Below the pieces are notes generated by a model. It did not search any database. It worked only from the letters and a program-made list of their open reading frames with translations, and was not told where the DNA came from. The translations under genes were made by a program, and so were the position numbers. DNA of 63,834 nt, filler included, from an uncultured Gemmatimonadota bacterium (GTDB taxonomy: Bacteria; Blakebacterota; Blakebacteria; Blakebacterales; Blakebacteraceae), in the NCBI GenBank assembly GCA_964576115.1. It is 4 parts of 4 records of this genome, joined end to end, with 100 filler letters (N's around TTAATTAATTAA, not from the genome) between each part and the next. Parts side by side here need not be neighbours in the genome. Positions count along the whole stretch, not along the records: positions 37,027 to 54,965 come from CAZNUA010000061.1; positions 55,066 to 63,834 come from CAZNUA010000089.1; 2 more parts are not named here. One strand, 5' to 3'. This document shows, piece by piece, positions 48,483 to 58,882 of the stretch (positions are counted from its first letter, which is position 1; every line of letters begins with the position of its first letter).

Positions 48483-51113
48483 CTACTCGTTCCGCAGTGA
48501 TATCAGAGGATCGACGCGCGAGGCCTTCCAGGCGGGGATCAGGATTGCCGCCAGGGACGCCAGCACGACGAGTCCGGTGACCGGCAGAAGCGCTCCCGGA
48601 TCTGCTGGCGTGACCTGATAGAGAAGGGTTCGGAGAGCCTGGAGTGCCCAGAGCGAGAGTACCAGTCCCACTCCCAGCCCGGCGAAGGTGATCACGCAAC
48701 CCTCCCACAAAAGGCTCCGCAGCACCTCCCCCCGTTGCGCCCCCAGAGCCAGGCGCAGACCGATCTCGCCTCGTCGCTGGACCGTCAGATTGGCCAGCAC
48801 TCCATAGAGTCCCACCAGGGACAGGAGAAGAGCAATACCGGCGAAGATGCCACCGACAAACATGAGAAAGCGGGTGGGGGCGATTTCGTTCTCGATGACT
48901 TCGGCCACCGTTGCAACGCTCCGCAGGGGTAGATCGGGATCGATGGCGCTGACTTCGGCCCGGATCGCGGGCAGGAGGGCGGCCGGATCCAGGGCGGCTT
49001 TCACGGTTACCGTCATGCTGCCGGGACCGAAGTGCCCGTGAGGAACGTAGATCTCGGCAAGGGGTTCTTCATCCAGCGCCTCCGATCGAATGTCCCCGAC
49101 CGTGCCGACAATGGTCCATACCGGACTGCCGTAACTCCGGTTTATCAGGATCTGAATCTGCTCGCCGATCGGATCCCGGCCCGGAAAATTCTGTTCGCCG
49201 AAGGTCTGATTGACGACCGCCACCGGTATCTCGCCCGTATCGTCACTCGCCGACAATCCCCGTCCCGAGAGAACGGGAATCTCCATCATCTCGAGGTACC
49301 CCGGACTGATGGCCCGGATTCCCGCCAGGGGTTCTTCTCCCGGTTGGATATCCTCGCGGCCTTTCAATGAGATTTTTGCGGTCGTGTGCGGTGTTTCCAG
49401 CGGTGCCCCCCAGATCGATCCCACCCGCTGAACGCCGGGTAGAGCGGCGAGTCTCTCCTCCAGGGTGCGATAGAATATTCGTACTTCATCCAGATTCCCT
49501 CCTGTCGCGAGGGTGAATCGGACGATCCGCTCTGGCGTGAAGCCCAGGTCGACAGTGGAGAGCTCCCTGACGCTTCGCACCAGCAATCCGGTACCGCTGA
49601 GAAGAATGACCGACAGGGCGACCTGCAGGGCGATCAATCCCTTGCGCAGACGCTGACTGAGGACGGGCGTGCCGGTTCCGCGGCTCCGCCGGGCCAGGTT
49701 CTCGGCCGGAGACAGCCGGTTCAGAAAGAGTATCGGGCTCCAGCTCGCCAGCGCGGTCACGGCAATGACGATCCCGAACGTACCGACCAGGACCGGGCCG
49801 TCGACACCGACCTCGGTCAGGCGCGGCACCATGCCCGCTGAGATCCGGCGAAAGATATCAACTCCTCCTGAAGCGATGAGAATCCCGAGACCACCGCCGA
49901 GAAGAGTCAGCAGACCGGTTTCCGTCTGGATGAGCCGGGCCAGTCGTCTTCGATCTCCTCCCAGGGAAAGACGCGTTGCGAACTCATGTTGTCGGGAGAA
50001 GGTCCTCATGAGCAGGAGATTCGCCACATTGGCACAGGCGATGAACAGCAGCAGGCTCACGGCCGCCATGAGGATCCAGAGCCGGGTTTGAACGGCTCCG
50101 GTTTCAAAGCCTTTCAGACTCTCCACCACAAAACGCTTCCTCGCATTGGTGGCGGGGTAGTCGGACGCCAGAGTTTCTCCGATGAGCCGGACCTCGTCCC
50201 GCACGGTCGACAGCCTGCTGCCCGCTCGTCGGCGCCCCACGGTCAGCCAGGTATGCGAGGCTCGATTGAGACCGTCCGGAGAAGAAAAGAGATGCGGAAT
50301 CCAGACCTCGGTCCCGTGCGGGAACGCGAAACCCTCGGGAGTGACGCCGACGACTTCGAAGTCGGTGCCGGCCATCTGGATCGTCGATCCCACCGCCTCG
50401 GGATCCGAGCCCATCCGGTCGCGCCAGAAACGGGCCGAGATCACGGCAATGCGGCGGCCGCCATAGCCGGTCTCGTCGGGCCGGATGTCCCGGCCGTGCA
50501 GGAGGGGCAGGCGGAAGGTCTCCATCAGACCTCGAGAGACCCTGGTCACCTGGATGATTTCGGCCTGGCCGAAACCGGTCAGGGTCGCCGAGAGTACCTG
50601 ATATCCCACCAGAGATTCAATTGAGGGGGAGAGGGTCTCGATATCCGCCACATCCGGCGGAGCCATGAAATCCTTGTCTTCCCGTCTCTGCCAGACGGTC
50701 GATACGGCCACCAGGTCCCCGGCCTCGGGATAGGGGAGGGGTTCGAGGATGATGCCGTGGACGACGCTGAAAACCGCGGTGGTTGCACCGATTCCCAGGG
50801 CAACGGTCAGGATGGCGACACAGGCCAGCCGGGGGTGTCTCCACAGAGCCCGCATCCCGTAGCGCATGTCCTGGCCGAGGTCGTCAACAAAACGCCCCCC
50901 GCGCTCACTCCGGGCTCGTTCCTTGAATCGCTCGAGGCCGCCGAAACTGATCGCGGCCGCCCGCCGTGCCTGCTCCTCGCTCATACCCCGGCGCAGGTTC
51001 TCTTCCCTTTCCGACTCGAGATGGAAGCGCATTTCGCGTTCCATCTCCTCTTCAAGGGCCTCTTTGGCAATCAGGATCCGGAAGCGGCGGATGAGCCTGG
51101 TCAGCCAGCACAC
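48483..51113 (-). CDS. ADOP-type duplicated ABC permease
   Basis: GGAGGT RBS; QDMRYGMRAL; ALGIGATTAVFS; IACANVANL; VDPLISLRNE. Confidence 0.92.
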   Translation of the reverse strand: MCWLTRLIRRFRILIAKEALEEEMEREMRFHLESEREENLRRGMSEEQARRAAAISFGGLERFKERARSERGGRFVDDLGQDMRYGMRALWRHPRLACVAILTVALGIGATTAVFSVVHGIILEPLPYPEAGDLVAVSTVWQRREDKDFMAPPDVADIETLSPSIESLVGYQVLSATLTGFGQAEIIQVTRVSRGLMETFRLPLLHGRDIRPDETGYGGRRIAVISARFWRDRMGSDPEAVGSTIQMAGTDFEVVGVTPEGFAFPHGTEVWIPHLFSSPDGLNRASHTWLTVGRRRAGSRLSTVRDEVRLIGETLASDYPATNARKRFVVESLKGFETGAVQTRLWILMAAVSLLLFIACANVANLLLMRTFSRQHEFATRLSLGGDRRRLARLIQTETGLLTLLGGGLGILIASGGVDIFRRISAGMVPRLTEVGVDGPVLVGTFGIVIAVTALASWSPILFLNRLSPAENLARRSRGTGTPVLSQRLRKGLIALQVALSVILLSGTGLLVRSVRELSTVDLGFTPERIVRFTLATGGNLDEVRIFYRTLEERLAALPGVQRVGSIWGAPLETPHTTAKISLKGREDIQPGEEPLAGIRAISPGYLEMMEIPVLSGRGLSASDDTGEIPVAVVNQTFGEQNFPGRDPIGEQIQILINRSYGSPVWTIVGTVGDIRSEALDEEPLAEIYVPHGHFGPGSMTVTVKAALDPAALLPAIRAEVSAIDPDLPLRSVATVAEVIENEIAPTRFLMFVGGIFAGIALLLSLVGLYGVLANLTVQRRGEIGLRLALGAQRGEVLRSLLWEGCVITFAGLGVGLVLSLWALQALRTLLYQVTPADPGALLPVTGLVVLASLAAILIPAWKASRVDPLISLRNE

Positions 51114-51198
51114 GATCGGTACCTCCGTCGTCTTTTTCCGAAAGACGTCATTCTGCTTCCGGTTGCCCCCATACTCTTCAGGAGCCTCTGCGTGATGA

Positions 51199-51531
51199 TC
51201 AGCGGTACCCCAGAACCCGATCGACGGCAGCCGAGAACTCCCGCCATTCCTGATTCTCTTCTTCGAGACGCCGTCTCCCGGCTCTGGTCAGCAGATAGAA
51301 CTTGGCTTTCCGGCCCGATTCGGCCGTCCCCCATCGGGCTGATATCCAGCCCCGGTCCTCGAGACGGTACAGAGCCGGATAGAGAGATCCCTGACCGATC
51401 CGGAGGGCCTCGTCCGAGATCTGCCCGATATGCTTGGCGATGGCCCAGCCATGCATCGAACCGTGAGAGAGAGTGCGGAGAATCAGCAGGTCGAGGGTGC
51501 CGTGCAGCAGGTCGGCTCTCGATTTGGTCAT
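51199..51531 (-). CDS. PadR family transcriptional regulator
   Basis: LLHGTLDLLIL, HGWAI, GSLYPALYRLE; start at MTKSRAD. Confidence 0.92.
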   Translation of the reverse strand: MTKSRADLLHGTLDLLILRTLSHGSMHGWAIAKHIGQISDEALRIGQGSLYPALYRLEDRGWISARWGTAESGRKAKFYLLTRAGRRRLEEENQEWREFSAAVDRVLGYR

Positions 51532-51746
51532 TTGCACCCACCTGTGTGTTTTTTGTGTCGATTTACATAGTATTGAACGGTATCCTCTCCGAGTTAGTTG
51601 CATTGCATGGCTCCATTCTTCCTCAATACAGTACTCACTGAAGCCATACATGTGGGTTGGGGATGCCCCCGGTTCCGGCTCGGCCGGGGATCTGGATCGG
51701 CCCGGATTCGGTGCGATCCTGTGGTCGAGGTGAGAGGAGCAGGCGA

Positions 51747-52607
51747 ATGCGTACCTTTCTGGCAGTGGGCATACTACTTGCGCTTGCAGCGTGCCAGCGG
51801 GGAAGGGAAGTCGACCGGACCGACGTGCCGACCGCGGAGCAGCCGGTCGAGGTCATGGTCCTGGGCACCTTCCATTTCACCTACCCCAACCTCGATGCCC
51901 ACCAGACCGGGCAGTCCCGGCAGGTGGATATCATGTCGGGGGCCCGGCAGGCCGAACTGCAGACCGTGATCGACCGCCTGCTCGGATTCCGGCCCGACCG
52001 GATCGCGATCGAGGTCGGGGTCGAGGAACAGGCCCGTATCGATTCACTCTACGGGCTGTACCGGGCTGACCGGTTTGAACTCCCGGTCGGGGAGCAGTTC
52101 CAGATCGCCTTCCGGATGGCCCGGGAACTGGGCCACGAGCGGGTGTACTGCATCGACACCTGGGGCGATTACGAACGGTTCCTGGATCGCGACGCTTTCT
52201 GGGACGGCTATGTGAAGTTTCTTGAATCCGGGCCCGACACCGCCCTGCAGCGGGCCTATAGCGCCTATCACGCCGGCACCGACGCCTTTCTGGCGGATCA
52301 TTCCCTGATCGAGGGCTTCCGCGCCCTCAATCGCCCCGAACACCTGCAGATCCTGCAGGGCGCCTATTTCCTTAATGGTTTTTCTTTCGAGCTGGAGCCG
52401 TACGACTACGGTGGGGCCGACTGGGAAGCGAGCCGCTGGTACGATCGGAATCTGCGGATATTCCGGAACATCAAGCGGCTGGCCGATGTACCCGGCGAGC
52501 GCGTTTTCGTCCTCTTCGGCGCCGGGCACCACGCCCTGCTGCGCGACTATATCGAGTACTCTCCCCGGCACCGGTATGTCCCGGTGCTCGATTACCTGCG
52601 GGAGTGA
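51747..52607 (+). CDS. DUF5694-like lipoprotein (TraB/PrgY-like fold)
   Basis: AGGAG RBS; lipobox LAAC; VLGTFHF, FRPDRIAIE, WYDRNLRIF, FGAGH. Confidence 0.78.
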   Translation: MRTFLAVGILLALAACQRGREVDRTDVPTAEQPVEVMVLGTFHFTYPNLDAHQTGQSRQVDIMSGARQAELQTVIDRLLGFRPDRIAIEVGVEEQARIDSLYGLYRADRFELPVGEQFQIAFRMARELGHERVYCIDTWGDYERFLDRDAFWDGYVKFLESGPDTALQRAYSAYHAGTDAFLADHSLIEGFRALNRPEHLQILQGAYFLNGFSFELEPYDYGGADWEASRWYDRNLRIFRNIKRLADVPGERVFVLFGAGHHALLRDYIEYSPRHRYVPVLDYLRE

Positions 52608-52653
52608 ACGGAAGCGCGTCTCAACAGGCGGCAGTCGCCCGATCCCTGTCCCG

Positions 52654-53874
52654 CTAGCGATTGATGGTGAAGGCTTCGAGGACCGTGCCGCCGGTATCGG
52701 TAACCGTGACCCGAAGCCCGTCGGGAGTGACATCCACCCGGGTCACCGCGTGGGTCGGCTCGATCAGCAGGTGATAGTCGTTCTCTCCCGGCGTCGGGTC
52801 GATCCGCTGCAGGCGATGGGTGTGTCCGGAGAGCCAGAGGTCGATCCCTTGCCCGAGAACCGTAGCCTCGAAGTATTCCCTCACCCGCCGGGCCCAGTAG
52901 GCGTCCGACCCGCGGGGGGGGATATGGGAGATGAGGATACGGAAGCGGGCTTTCCGCGCCGTCGGGCTCTGCAGGTCTGCAGCCAGCCAGCGCGCCTCCT
53001 CTTCCAGGTAACGGTCGAAGTCCACCAGTCCGTTGTAGTACTCGTGCCCGTCCACTTTATCCTCACCCGAATCGAGCACGATGAAGTGGACCGGACCGTG
53101 GTCGAAGGAATAGTAAGCCTGTCCGTCCACCAGCGGGATGTAATCCCAGACGCTCCTCGCGTACCGTCCCCGGGTCTCGTGATTCCCCCGGGCGAAGACG
53201 AACGGAATCGCGGTGGCGAATCCCTCCACCGCGACGTCAAGGAATCCGGTGAACACCTGGTCGGGCGCCATGAAGTCGTTGATCATGTCGCCGTTGAAGA
53301 CGGCGAGGTCGATATCCCGCCAGGCCGCACTGCGGATCATCTGAGCCAGTTCGTCGGCCCGCTCGTGGAGGTCGGCGATCACGACGAACGAGAAACGGTC
53401 CGTCTCCGGATCGAGGGTCGTGAACGTGAACGGCTCGCTGATGACCGAGTCGCCCCAGGCCACGATGTGCTGGCGCTCATAGCCCAGGAAGGTCTTCGAA
53501 ACCACCCGGTAGTGGTAGGTCGTGCCCGGCTCGAGATCGGTCAGGTGGACGATGTGGCTGGTCCGGTCGTTGTCGATCAGACCGTGCCGGCTGCGGACCG
53601 CCACCTGGTCGAACCGGCCCTCCCGCCCGTACTCGACCCGGGATACGGCCACCCGGTCGGTGTGCCAGACGACCGTCATCGAGGTCGCCGAGGGGAGCTG
53701 CAGATACGGACCGTGGGTGATGACCGGCGCCGTGGTGTCGGCCCGTGCGGCGACGGGCCGATGTGCCCCGGACGCGACCGCCAGCGGTCCGGATTCCACC
53801 GACGCACCCGCAGTGCCGGCCCCGATGATCATCACTCCCGCCAGCCCGAGTCCGAACAGACACGTTCCTCTCAT
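52654..53874 (-). CDS. FN3 + metallophosphoesterase (purple acid phosphatase-like)
   Basis: GPYLQ, LEPGTTYHYRV, DLH, NGD, RGNHE, SGHTH. Confidence 0.88.
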   Translation of the reverse strand: MRGTCLFGLGLAGVMIIGAGTAGASVESGPLAVASGAHRPVAARADTTAPVITHGPYLQLPSATSMTVVWHTDRVAVSRVEYGREGRFDQVAVRSRHGLIDNDRTSHIVHLTDLEPGTTYHYRVVSKTFLGYERQHIVAWGDSVISEPFTFTTLDPETDRFSFVVIADLHERADELAQMIRSAAWRDIDLAVFNGDMINDFMAPDQVFTGFLDVAVEGFATAIPFVFARGNHETRGRYARSVWDYIPLVDGQAYYSFDHGPVHFIVLDSGEDKVDGHEYYNGLVDFDRYLEEEARWLAADLQSPTARKARFRILISHIPPRGSDAYWARRVREYFEATVLGQGIDLWLSGHTHRLQRIDPTPGENDYHLLIEPTHAVTRVDVTPDGLRVTVTDTGGTVLEAFTINR

Positions 53875-53887
53875 CCGATGGATCCTT

Positions 53888-54790
53888 TCACGAGCAGGGT
53901 GGTACGTCCGGCCCGGTCCACCTTTCGAGGATGCCTCTCAGGTGACGGTGAAGTCTGTCGCGGTATCCGGCCCGAGCCAGGGCGAGGTCGAGGGTGGCGC
54001 GCACGTAATCGATTTTGGAGCCGGTATCGTAACGCCGGCCCGTGAGCGGGCAGGCGGTGATGCCTTCGACGCCGATCAGGGCGGCCAGGGCGTCGGTGAG
54101 TCCGATCTCGCCGTCGCGGCCGGGTTCGAGATCGGCCAGGGTGTCGAAGACGGTCGGAGTCAGGACATACCGGCCGGCGATGGCCCATCGCGAGGGAGCC
54201 CGGCCCGGCGGGGGTTTCTCGACGATTTCGGAGACCGCGATCAACCCGTCCTCTGCCGGCGTGCCACCGACGACACCGTAGCGCTCCAGAACCTCTTCAG
54301 CCGCTTCTTCAACCGCGACGACACTGTGTCCGATCCGTTCCTGAACGGCGGCCAGTTGCCCGATTGCGGGCCCGGGGCCGGTTACGACCGTATCGCCGAG
54401 CAGTACGGCGAAAGGCCCGGAACCGACCGCGGAGCGGGCCCGGAGAACGGCTTCACCCAGACCCCGCAGTTCGGGCTGGGTCACGAACCGGATGTCGGCC
54501 AGATCGGCCAGTTCAGTCAGACGCCGGAGCCGGTCCCGGATCTCGATATCCCCCCGGGCCTCGAGCCGGCGCTCCAGGTCGGGATCGGGGCGGAAATGCT
54601 CCTGTATGGCTTCCTGTCCCGGGCCGGTCACGATCACGATATCGGTGATTCCCGCCGCCACCGCTTCCTCGACAACGATCTGGATCACGGGAGTGTCCAC
54701 GAGGGGGAGCATGACCTTCGGTACGGCCCTGGTGGCCGGCAGCAGGCGGGTACCGAGCCCGGCGGCGGGGATGATTGCGCTTTCGACCAC
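53888..54790 (-). CDS. galU: UTP-glucose-1-phosphate uridylyltransferase family
   Basis: PAAGLGTRLLPAT..PKVMLP, GLGEAV, LLGD, VEKP, GRYVL, RYDTG; GGAGG RBS. Confidence 0.88.
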   Translation of the reverse strand: MVESAIIPAAGLGTRLLPATRAVPKVMLPLVDTPVIQIVVEEAVAAGITDIVIVTGPGQEAIQEHFRPDPDLERRLEARGDIEIRDRLRRLTELADLADIRFVTQPELRGLGEAVLRARSAVGSGPFAVLLGDTVVTGPGPAIGQLAAVQERIGHSVVAVEEAAEEVLERYGVVGGTPAEDGLIAVSEIVEKPPPGRAPSRWAIAGRYVLTPTVFDTLADLEPGRDGEIGLTDALAALIGVEGITACPLTGRRYDTGSKIDYVRATLDLALARAGYRDRLHRHLRGILERWTGPDVPPCS

Positions 54791-54800
54791 GCGGGCCTCC

Positions 54801-54965
54801 TCAAGTGACGGTGGGTCTGATGACTTCAGCTCCGAGTTCGCCTAGGGCGGCGGCGAGGTCGGTAAACGACTCCTCGTCGGGGCAGATACCGATCACGGCT
54901 CCCCCCGAACCGGTGAGTTTGGCGCACGAACCGAGACTGCGGGCCCGCTCGATCAGGCGCAGGTC
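54801..54965 (-). CDS. C-terminus of a GHMP kinase (glucuronokinase-like), 5' part lost at the contig edge
   Basis: Manual translation DLRLIERARSLGSCAKLTGSGGAVIGICPDEESFTDLAAALGELGAEVIRPTVT*; GHMP motif KxTGSGG. Confidence 0.7.
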   Translation of the reverse strand, partial: DLRLIERARSLGSCAKLTGSGGAVIGICPDEESFTDLAAALGELGAEVIRPTVT

Positions 54966-55065
54966 NNNNNNNNNNNNNNNNNNNNNNNNNNNNNNNNNNN
55001 NNNNNNNNNTTAATTAATTAANNNNNNNNNNNNNNNNNNNNNNNNNNNNNNNNNNNNNNNNNNNN
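54966..55065. other. Artificial contig linker
   Basis: N44-TTAATTAATTAA-N44. Confidence 0.98.
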
Positions 55066-55067
55066 AT

Positions 55068-57461
55068 CTCGGCAATGATTTGCGGCACTCGATCCGCTCC
55101 CTGGCCCGGCGTCCCGGATTTGCGATCGTCAGTACCCTGATTCTGGCTATCGGGATCGGCGCCGTGGCGACGGTGTACAGCACCTTTCACGGCGTCGTCC
55201 TGCAACCGATGCCCTTCAACGAACCCGATCGCCTGCACTGGATCTGGGAGGTTACCTCGGCGGGACAGTTCAATTCCCTCTCGGCCCTCGATTTCTTCGA
55301 CTTCCAGGCACGGACCCAGGCCTATGAATCGGTCGCCGTGCGGTATGTGTTCCAGCCCTCGGTCATCGTCACCGGCGCTTCCGGCGCCGACCGAGTCAGC
55401 GCCATGCCCGTCTCGGCCGGCTTCTTCACCACCCTGGGTATCCCCCCCACCCACGGCCGGAGCTTCCTGCCCGCGGAAATGGAGGCGGGCGCAGCTCCGG
55501 TCTGCATCGTCAGTCACACCTTCTGGCAGGACCGCCTCGAAGGCGATCCCGGTGCCATCGGCCGGTCGGTGACCCTCGACAGCCAACCGGTCGAACTGGT
55601 TGGGATCATGCCGGCCGGCTTCAGTTTCCCCTCCGGAGTGGACATCTGGATGCCGCTGGACCGAGGCGCCGGGTACGCCCAGAATCGGGGGAACAACAAC
55701 TTCTTCATGATCGGTCGCCTGGCCGACGGGATCCCGATCGAACGGGCGATTGAAGAAACGGCCGCCATCATGGCTGGCATCGCCGAAGAGAATCCCGCTC
55801 AGAAGGAGGGCTGGAGCATGCTCCCCCAGCCCCTGCATGAAGTCTTTTACGGCGGGCTCCGACCGATGATGCTGGCTTTCCTGGCGGCGGTGATCTTCGT
55901 CCTGCTGATCGCTTGCGCCAACATCTCCTCGCTCTTCCTGGCGCACGCGACTTCGCGCCAACAGGAGGTGGCGGTCCGCTTCGCGCTGGGTGCCACCCGC
56001 TGGCGGGTGATCCGGCTCCTGTTGACCGAGAGCATGCTCGTCGCCCTGGGCGGGGGTCTACTCGGACTGGGCGTCGCCCTGGGCGGCATCACGGCCATCA
56101 AAGCGCTGGGGCCGGCCGGCCTGCCCCGTCTCAATGAAGTCACCCTCAATACAAATGTGATTCTCATAACCGCGGTTGTGACGATCCTCTCAGGGCTCAT
56201 CTTCGGCCTCGTGCCGGCTCTGCGCGGCACCCGCTTCGCCCTGGCCCGCACCATCAAGGAAGGCCGGGTCGTGACCGAAAGCAGGGGCGGACTGCGCCTG
56301 CGCAGTCTGCTGGTGATCGGGCAGGTGGGTCTGAGTCTTGTCCTGCTGACCGGTGCCGGCCTGCTCCTACGCAGCCTGATCAACCTGCAGCACGAGGATC
56401 CCGGCTTCGAGCTCTCATCTCTGCTGAACCTGCAGTTGCAGATCCCGTCGGCCACCTACGACACCCCGGATAAGATCATCCTCTTCTACAGCGATCTCCT
56501 TGAACGGCTCGAAGCTCGATCCGAAATCTCCGCCGCGGCCTGCTCCGACCTGCTTCCCTTCGGGGGTGACGGCCCCTGGAACGGTCTATCCCGTCCCGAA
56601 TATCCACCTGAACGACCGGAGGATCTGCTGCGGGCGAATCGGCGGATCGTCACCGCCGGCTACTTCGGCACGGTTGGCATCCCGCTCCTGGCCGGGCGTG
56701 AATTCACCGCCGACGACGGCCAGAACGCACCGCCGGTGGTGATCGTCAACCGTACTCTGGCCGAAAGCTGGTTCGCAGGCGAACAGGCCCTGGGCAAGAC
56801 CCTCGCATGGGGTGATAACTACCTCATGGAGATCGTCGGTATCGTCGGTGACGTGCCCGTTTCCGGACCGGGATCCGAAATCGGGGCGATGTTCTACCTG
56901 CCCTTCCGGCAATTCCCCGGTCAAACGCTGCAACTTACGGCCCGGGGGATGGGGGCCCCTGAGCTGTTGACCGCCACGGTGCGCGACGTGATCGGTGAAA
57001 CCGACCGGAACGTGCCGATCTGGAACGTGCACACCATGCAGTCCCGCTATGACGCCACTCTGGCCGGCAATCGCTTTCAGACCCTGTTGCTCGGCATCTT
57101 CGCCGCCGTGGCCCTGATCATGGCTGTAATGGGACTCTTCGGAGTGCTGACCTACTTCGTCAACCAGCGCATCCACGAGATGGGGATCCGCATCGCCCTG
57201 GGAGCCGCGCGTCCCCAGGTGGTGGGGCTGGTCCTGCGCCGGGGTCTGGTTCTGGCCCTGAGCGGCATCGTGGTCGGGCTCGCCGGCGGGGCGCTCTTCA
57301 CCGCCCTGCTCGAAAACATGCTCTTCGGCATCCCGGCCATCGAACCGGTGACCTTCGCGACGACCGCAGCCCTCATGGCCCTGGTCGCCACTGTTGCCTG
57401 CCTGCTCCCCGCCAGCCGGGCGGTGCGGGTCGACCCCCTGCAGGTGATGCGCAACGAGTGA
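55068..57461 (+). CDS. ADOP-type duplicated ABC permease (5' partial)
   Basis: DLRHSIRSLARRPGF; IACANISSL; EMGIRIALGA; VDPLQVMRNE. Confidence 0.92.
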   Translation, partial: LGNDLRHSIRSLARRPGFAIVSTLILAIGIGAVATVYSTFHGVVLQPMPFNEPDRLHWIWEVTSAGQFNSLSALDFFDFQARTQAYESVAVRYVFQPSVIVTGASGADRVSAMPVSAGFFTTLGIPPTHGRSFLPAEMEAGAAPVCIVSHTFWQDRLEGDPGAIGRSVTLDSQPVELVGIMPAGFSFPSGVDIWMPLDRGAGYAQNRGNNNFFMIGRLADGIPIERAIEETAAIMAGIAEENPAQKEGWSMLPQPLHEVFYGGLRPMMLAFLAAVIFVLLIACANISSLFLAHATSRQQEVAVRFALGATRWRVIRLLLTESMLVALGGGLLGLGVALGGITAIKALGPAGLPRLNEVTLNTNVILITAVVTILSGLIFGLVPALRGTRFALARTIKEGRVVTESRGGLRLRSLLVIGQVGLSLVLLTGAGLLLRSLINLQHEDPGFELSSLLNLQLQIPSATYDTPDKIILFYSDLLERLEARSEISAAACSDLLPFGGDGPWNGLSRPEYPPERPEDLLRANRRIVTAGYFGTVGIPLLAGREFTADDGQNAPPVVIVNRTLAESWFAGEQALGKTLAWGDNYLMEIVGIVGDVPVSGPGSEIGAMFYLPFRQFPGQTLQLTARGMGAPELLTATVRDVIGETDRNVPIWNVHTMQSRYDATLAGNRFQTLLLGIFAAVALIMAVMGLFGVLTYFVNQRIHEMGIRIALGAARPQVVGLVLRRGLVLALSGIVVGLAGGALFTALLENMLFGIPAIEPVTFATTAALMALVATVACLLPASRAVRVDPLQVMRNE

Positions 57462-57478
57462 GACCGCGCTGACCGGAA

Positions 57479-58177
57479 TCAGATATAGTACCAGGTAAAA
57501 TGGCTTGTGAAGTCCTCCAGGTGCTGGGCAATCGACTGGGGAACTTCGCTGGTAAAGAGATCGAGCCGGGTCAGGCTCTCCACCGCCGCATCGCGGGCGC
57601 CGGCCTTGGCCAGCCGTTTCGAGATCCCCACGTTGACCTCGTGGATGTTCCGGTAAAGCTCACTCAAGCCAGCCATGTCGAGATCGGGCGTCCCCCCCCG
57701 CTGGTTCACGAAGTACTGGGCCAGCATGTACATACTGGCCGAGCGGTAGATCGTTTCGGCCACTGAGCCGATCGGCAGGTGAAAGCGAGCCATGGGACGG
57801 AAGGGCGCCAGGTGAGGACAGCCGCTGAGCGGCATGAGCACTCCGACCAGCGAGCGCAGGGCATCCTGCAGGGTCGTGTGAGCCAGATAGGTCCGCTCCA
57901 TCGTCTGGACCTTCAGATCCACATCTTCCTGAGCCAGATGCCGGCCGAAAGCATGCAGCAGCTGGAGCATCCGCAAAGCCAGCGGGCAGTACTGGCTCTC
58001 GCCGGGCTTCAGGGGACAGTTACTGCACTGTTCGAAGGTCAGATCGGCCCAGGCGGGGGCAGACACGGTCTGCCAGACCTTGCTTTCGAGGGTGACGGGA
58101 TCGAGGTGGAGATCGATCTCGATCGGTTTCCCCTTCTCGAAGCTGAAGGTGTATCCGATACGGATGTCATCACTCAT
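57479..58177 (-). CDS. Conserved Cys-rich hypothetical protein (DUF6901-like)
   Basis: WADL..QCSNCPL..YCPLA; SGCPHL..RPMARFHLP. Confidence 0.65.
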   Translation of the reverse strand: MSDDIRIGYTFSFEKGKPIEIDLHLDPVTLESKVWQTVSAPAWADLTFEQCSNCPLKPGESQYCPLALRMLQLLHAFGRHLAQEDVDLKVQTMERTYLAHTTLQDALRSLVGVLMPLSGCPHLAPFRPMARFHLPIGSVAETIYRSASMYMLAQYFVNQRGGTPDLDMAGLSELYRNIHEVNVGISKRLAKAGARDAAVESLTRLDLFTSEVPQSIAQHLEDFTSHFTWYYI

Positions 58178-58402
58178 GAGACCAGTTTCCCTGTGGCGTA
58201 TGTACAGGCATCTGCGAGCATCGGATTCCAGAACACGAGACATCGTATCCGGTTTGCCGGACTCCCCGCCAGCCCAATCGACGCCGCTGACAGACTCCCT
58301 CCGGCTTTGCAGGTTGCATCGCTCCCAGGTCGAGTTACAATTTCAGGTCGAGTTGCAATCGCCTGTAATCGGCTCTTTTTCTCCCCTGGAGGATCCGCCA
58401 CG

Positions 58403-58861
58403 ATGGATACGGTCAAGATCGAGTTTCTCAAGGAGTGTCCCCTCTTCATCGGCTTTCACGAAGGTCAGTACTCGTCGCTCAGCGACCTGGCCTGCACGCA
58501 TGAATTCAAGACCGGCGATACGATCATCGCCGAGGGTTCTGCCGGGGATACCTTTTTCATCCTGATGGAGGGGGAGATCAGTATCGAGAAGGCCGCCCCC
58601 GAAGGCGGCCGTCATCAACTCACCACTCTCATCCAGCCCGGTGATTTCTTCGGCGAGATGGCGGTTGTGGATGTACGTCCCCGTTCGGCTTCAGCTGTGG
58701 CTCAGTCCAGGGCACGCATCCTCAGCGTGTCGAAAGAGGATCTGCTGAAACTCTTTGAGGAATACGAAGAGCTGATGATGCTCATCCCCTACAATATCGC
58801 CCGGGTACTCTCCGAGAGGCTCCGCAACGCCGACGAGACGATGGCCGCCGTCTCGGGCTGA
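58403..58861 (+). CDS. Stand-alone cyclic nucleotide-binding domain protein
   Basis: GGAGG RBS; IIAEG, GDFFGEMA, PRSASA; no HTH. Confidence 0.88.
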   Translation: MDTVKIEFLKECPLFIGFHEGQYSSLSDLACTHEFKTGDTIIAEGSAGDTFFILMEGEISIEKAAPEGGRHQLTTLIQPGDFFGEMAVVDVRPRSASAVAQSRARILSVSKEDLLKLFEEYEELMMLIPYNIARVLSERLRNADETMAAVSG

Positions 58862-58882
58862 GACGGGGGGAGCGGTCGTTCC

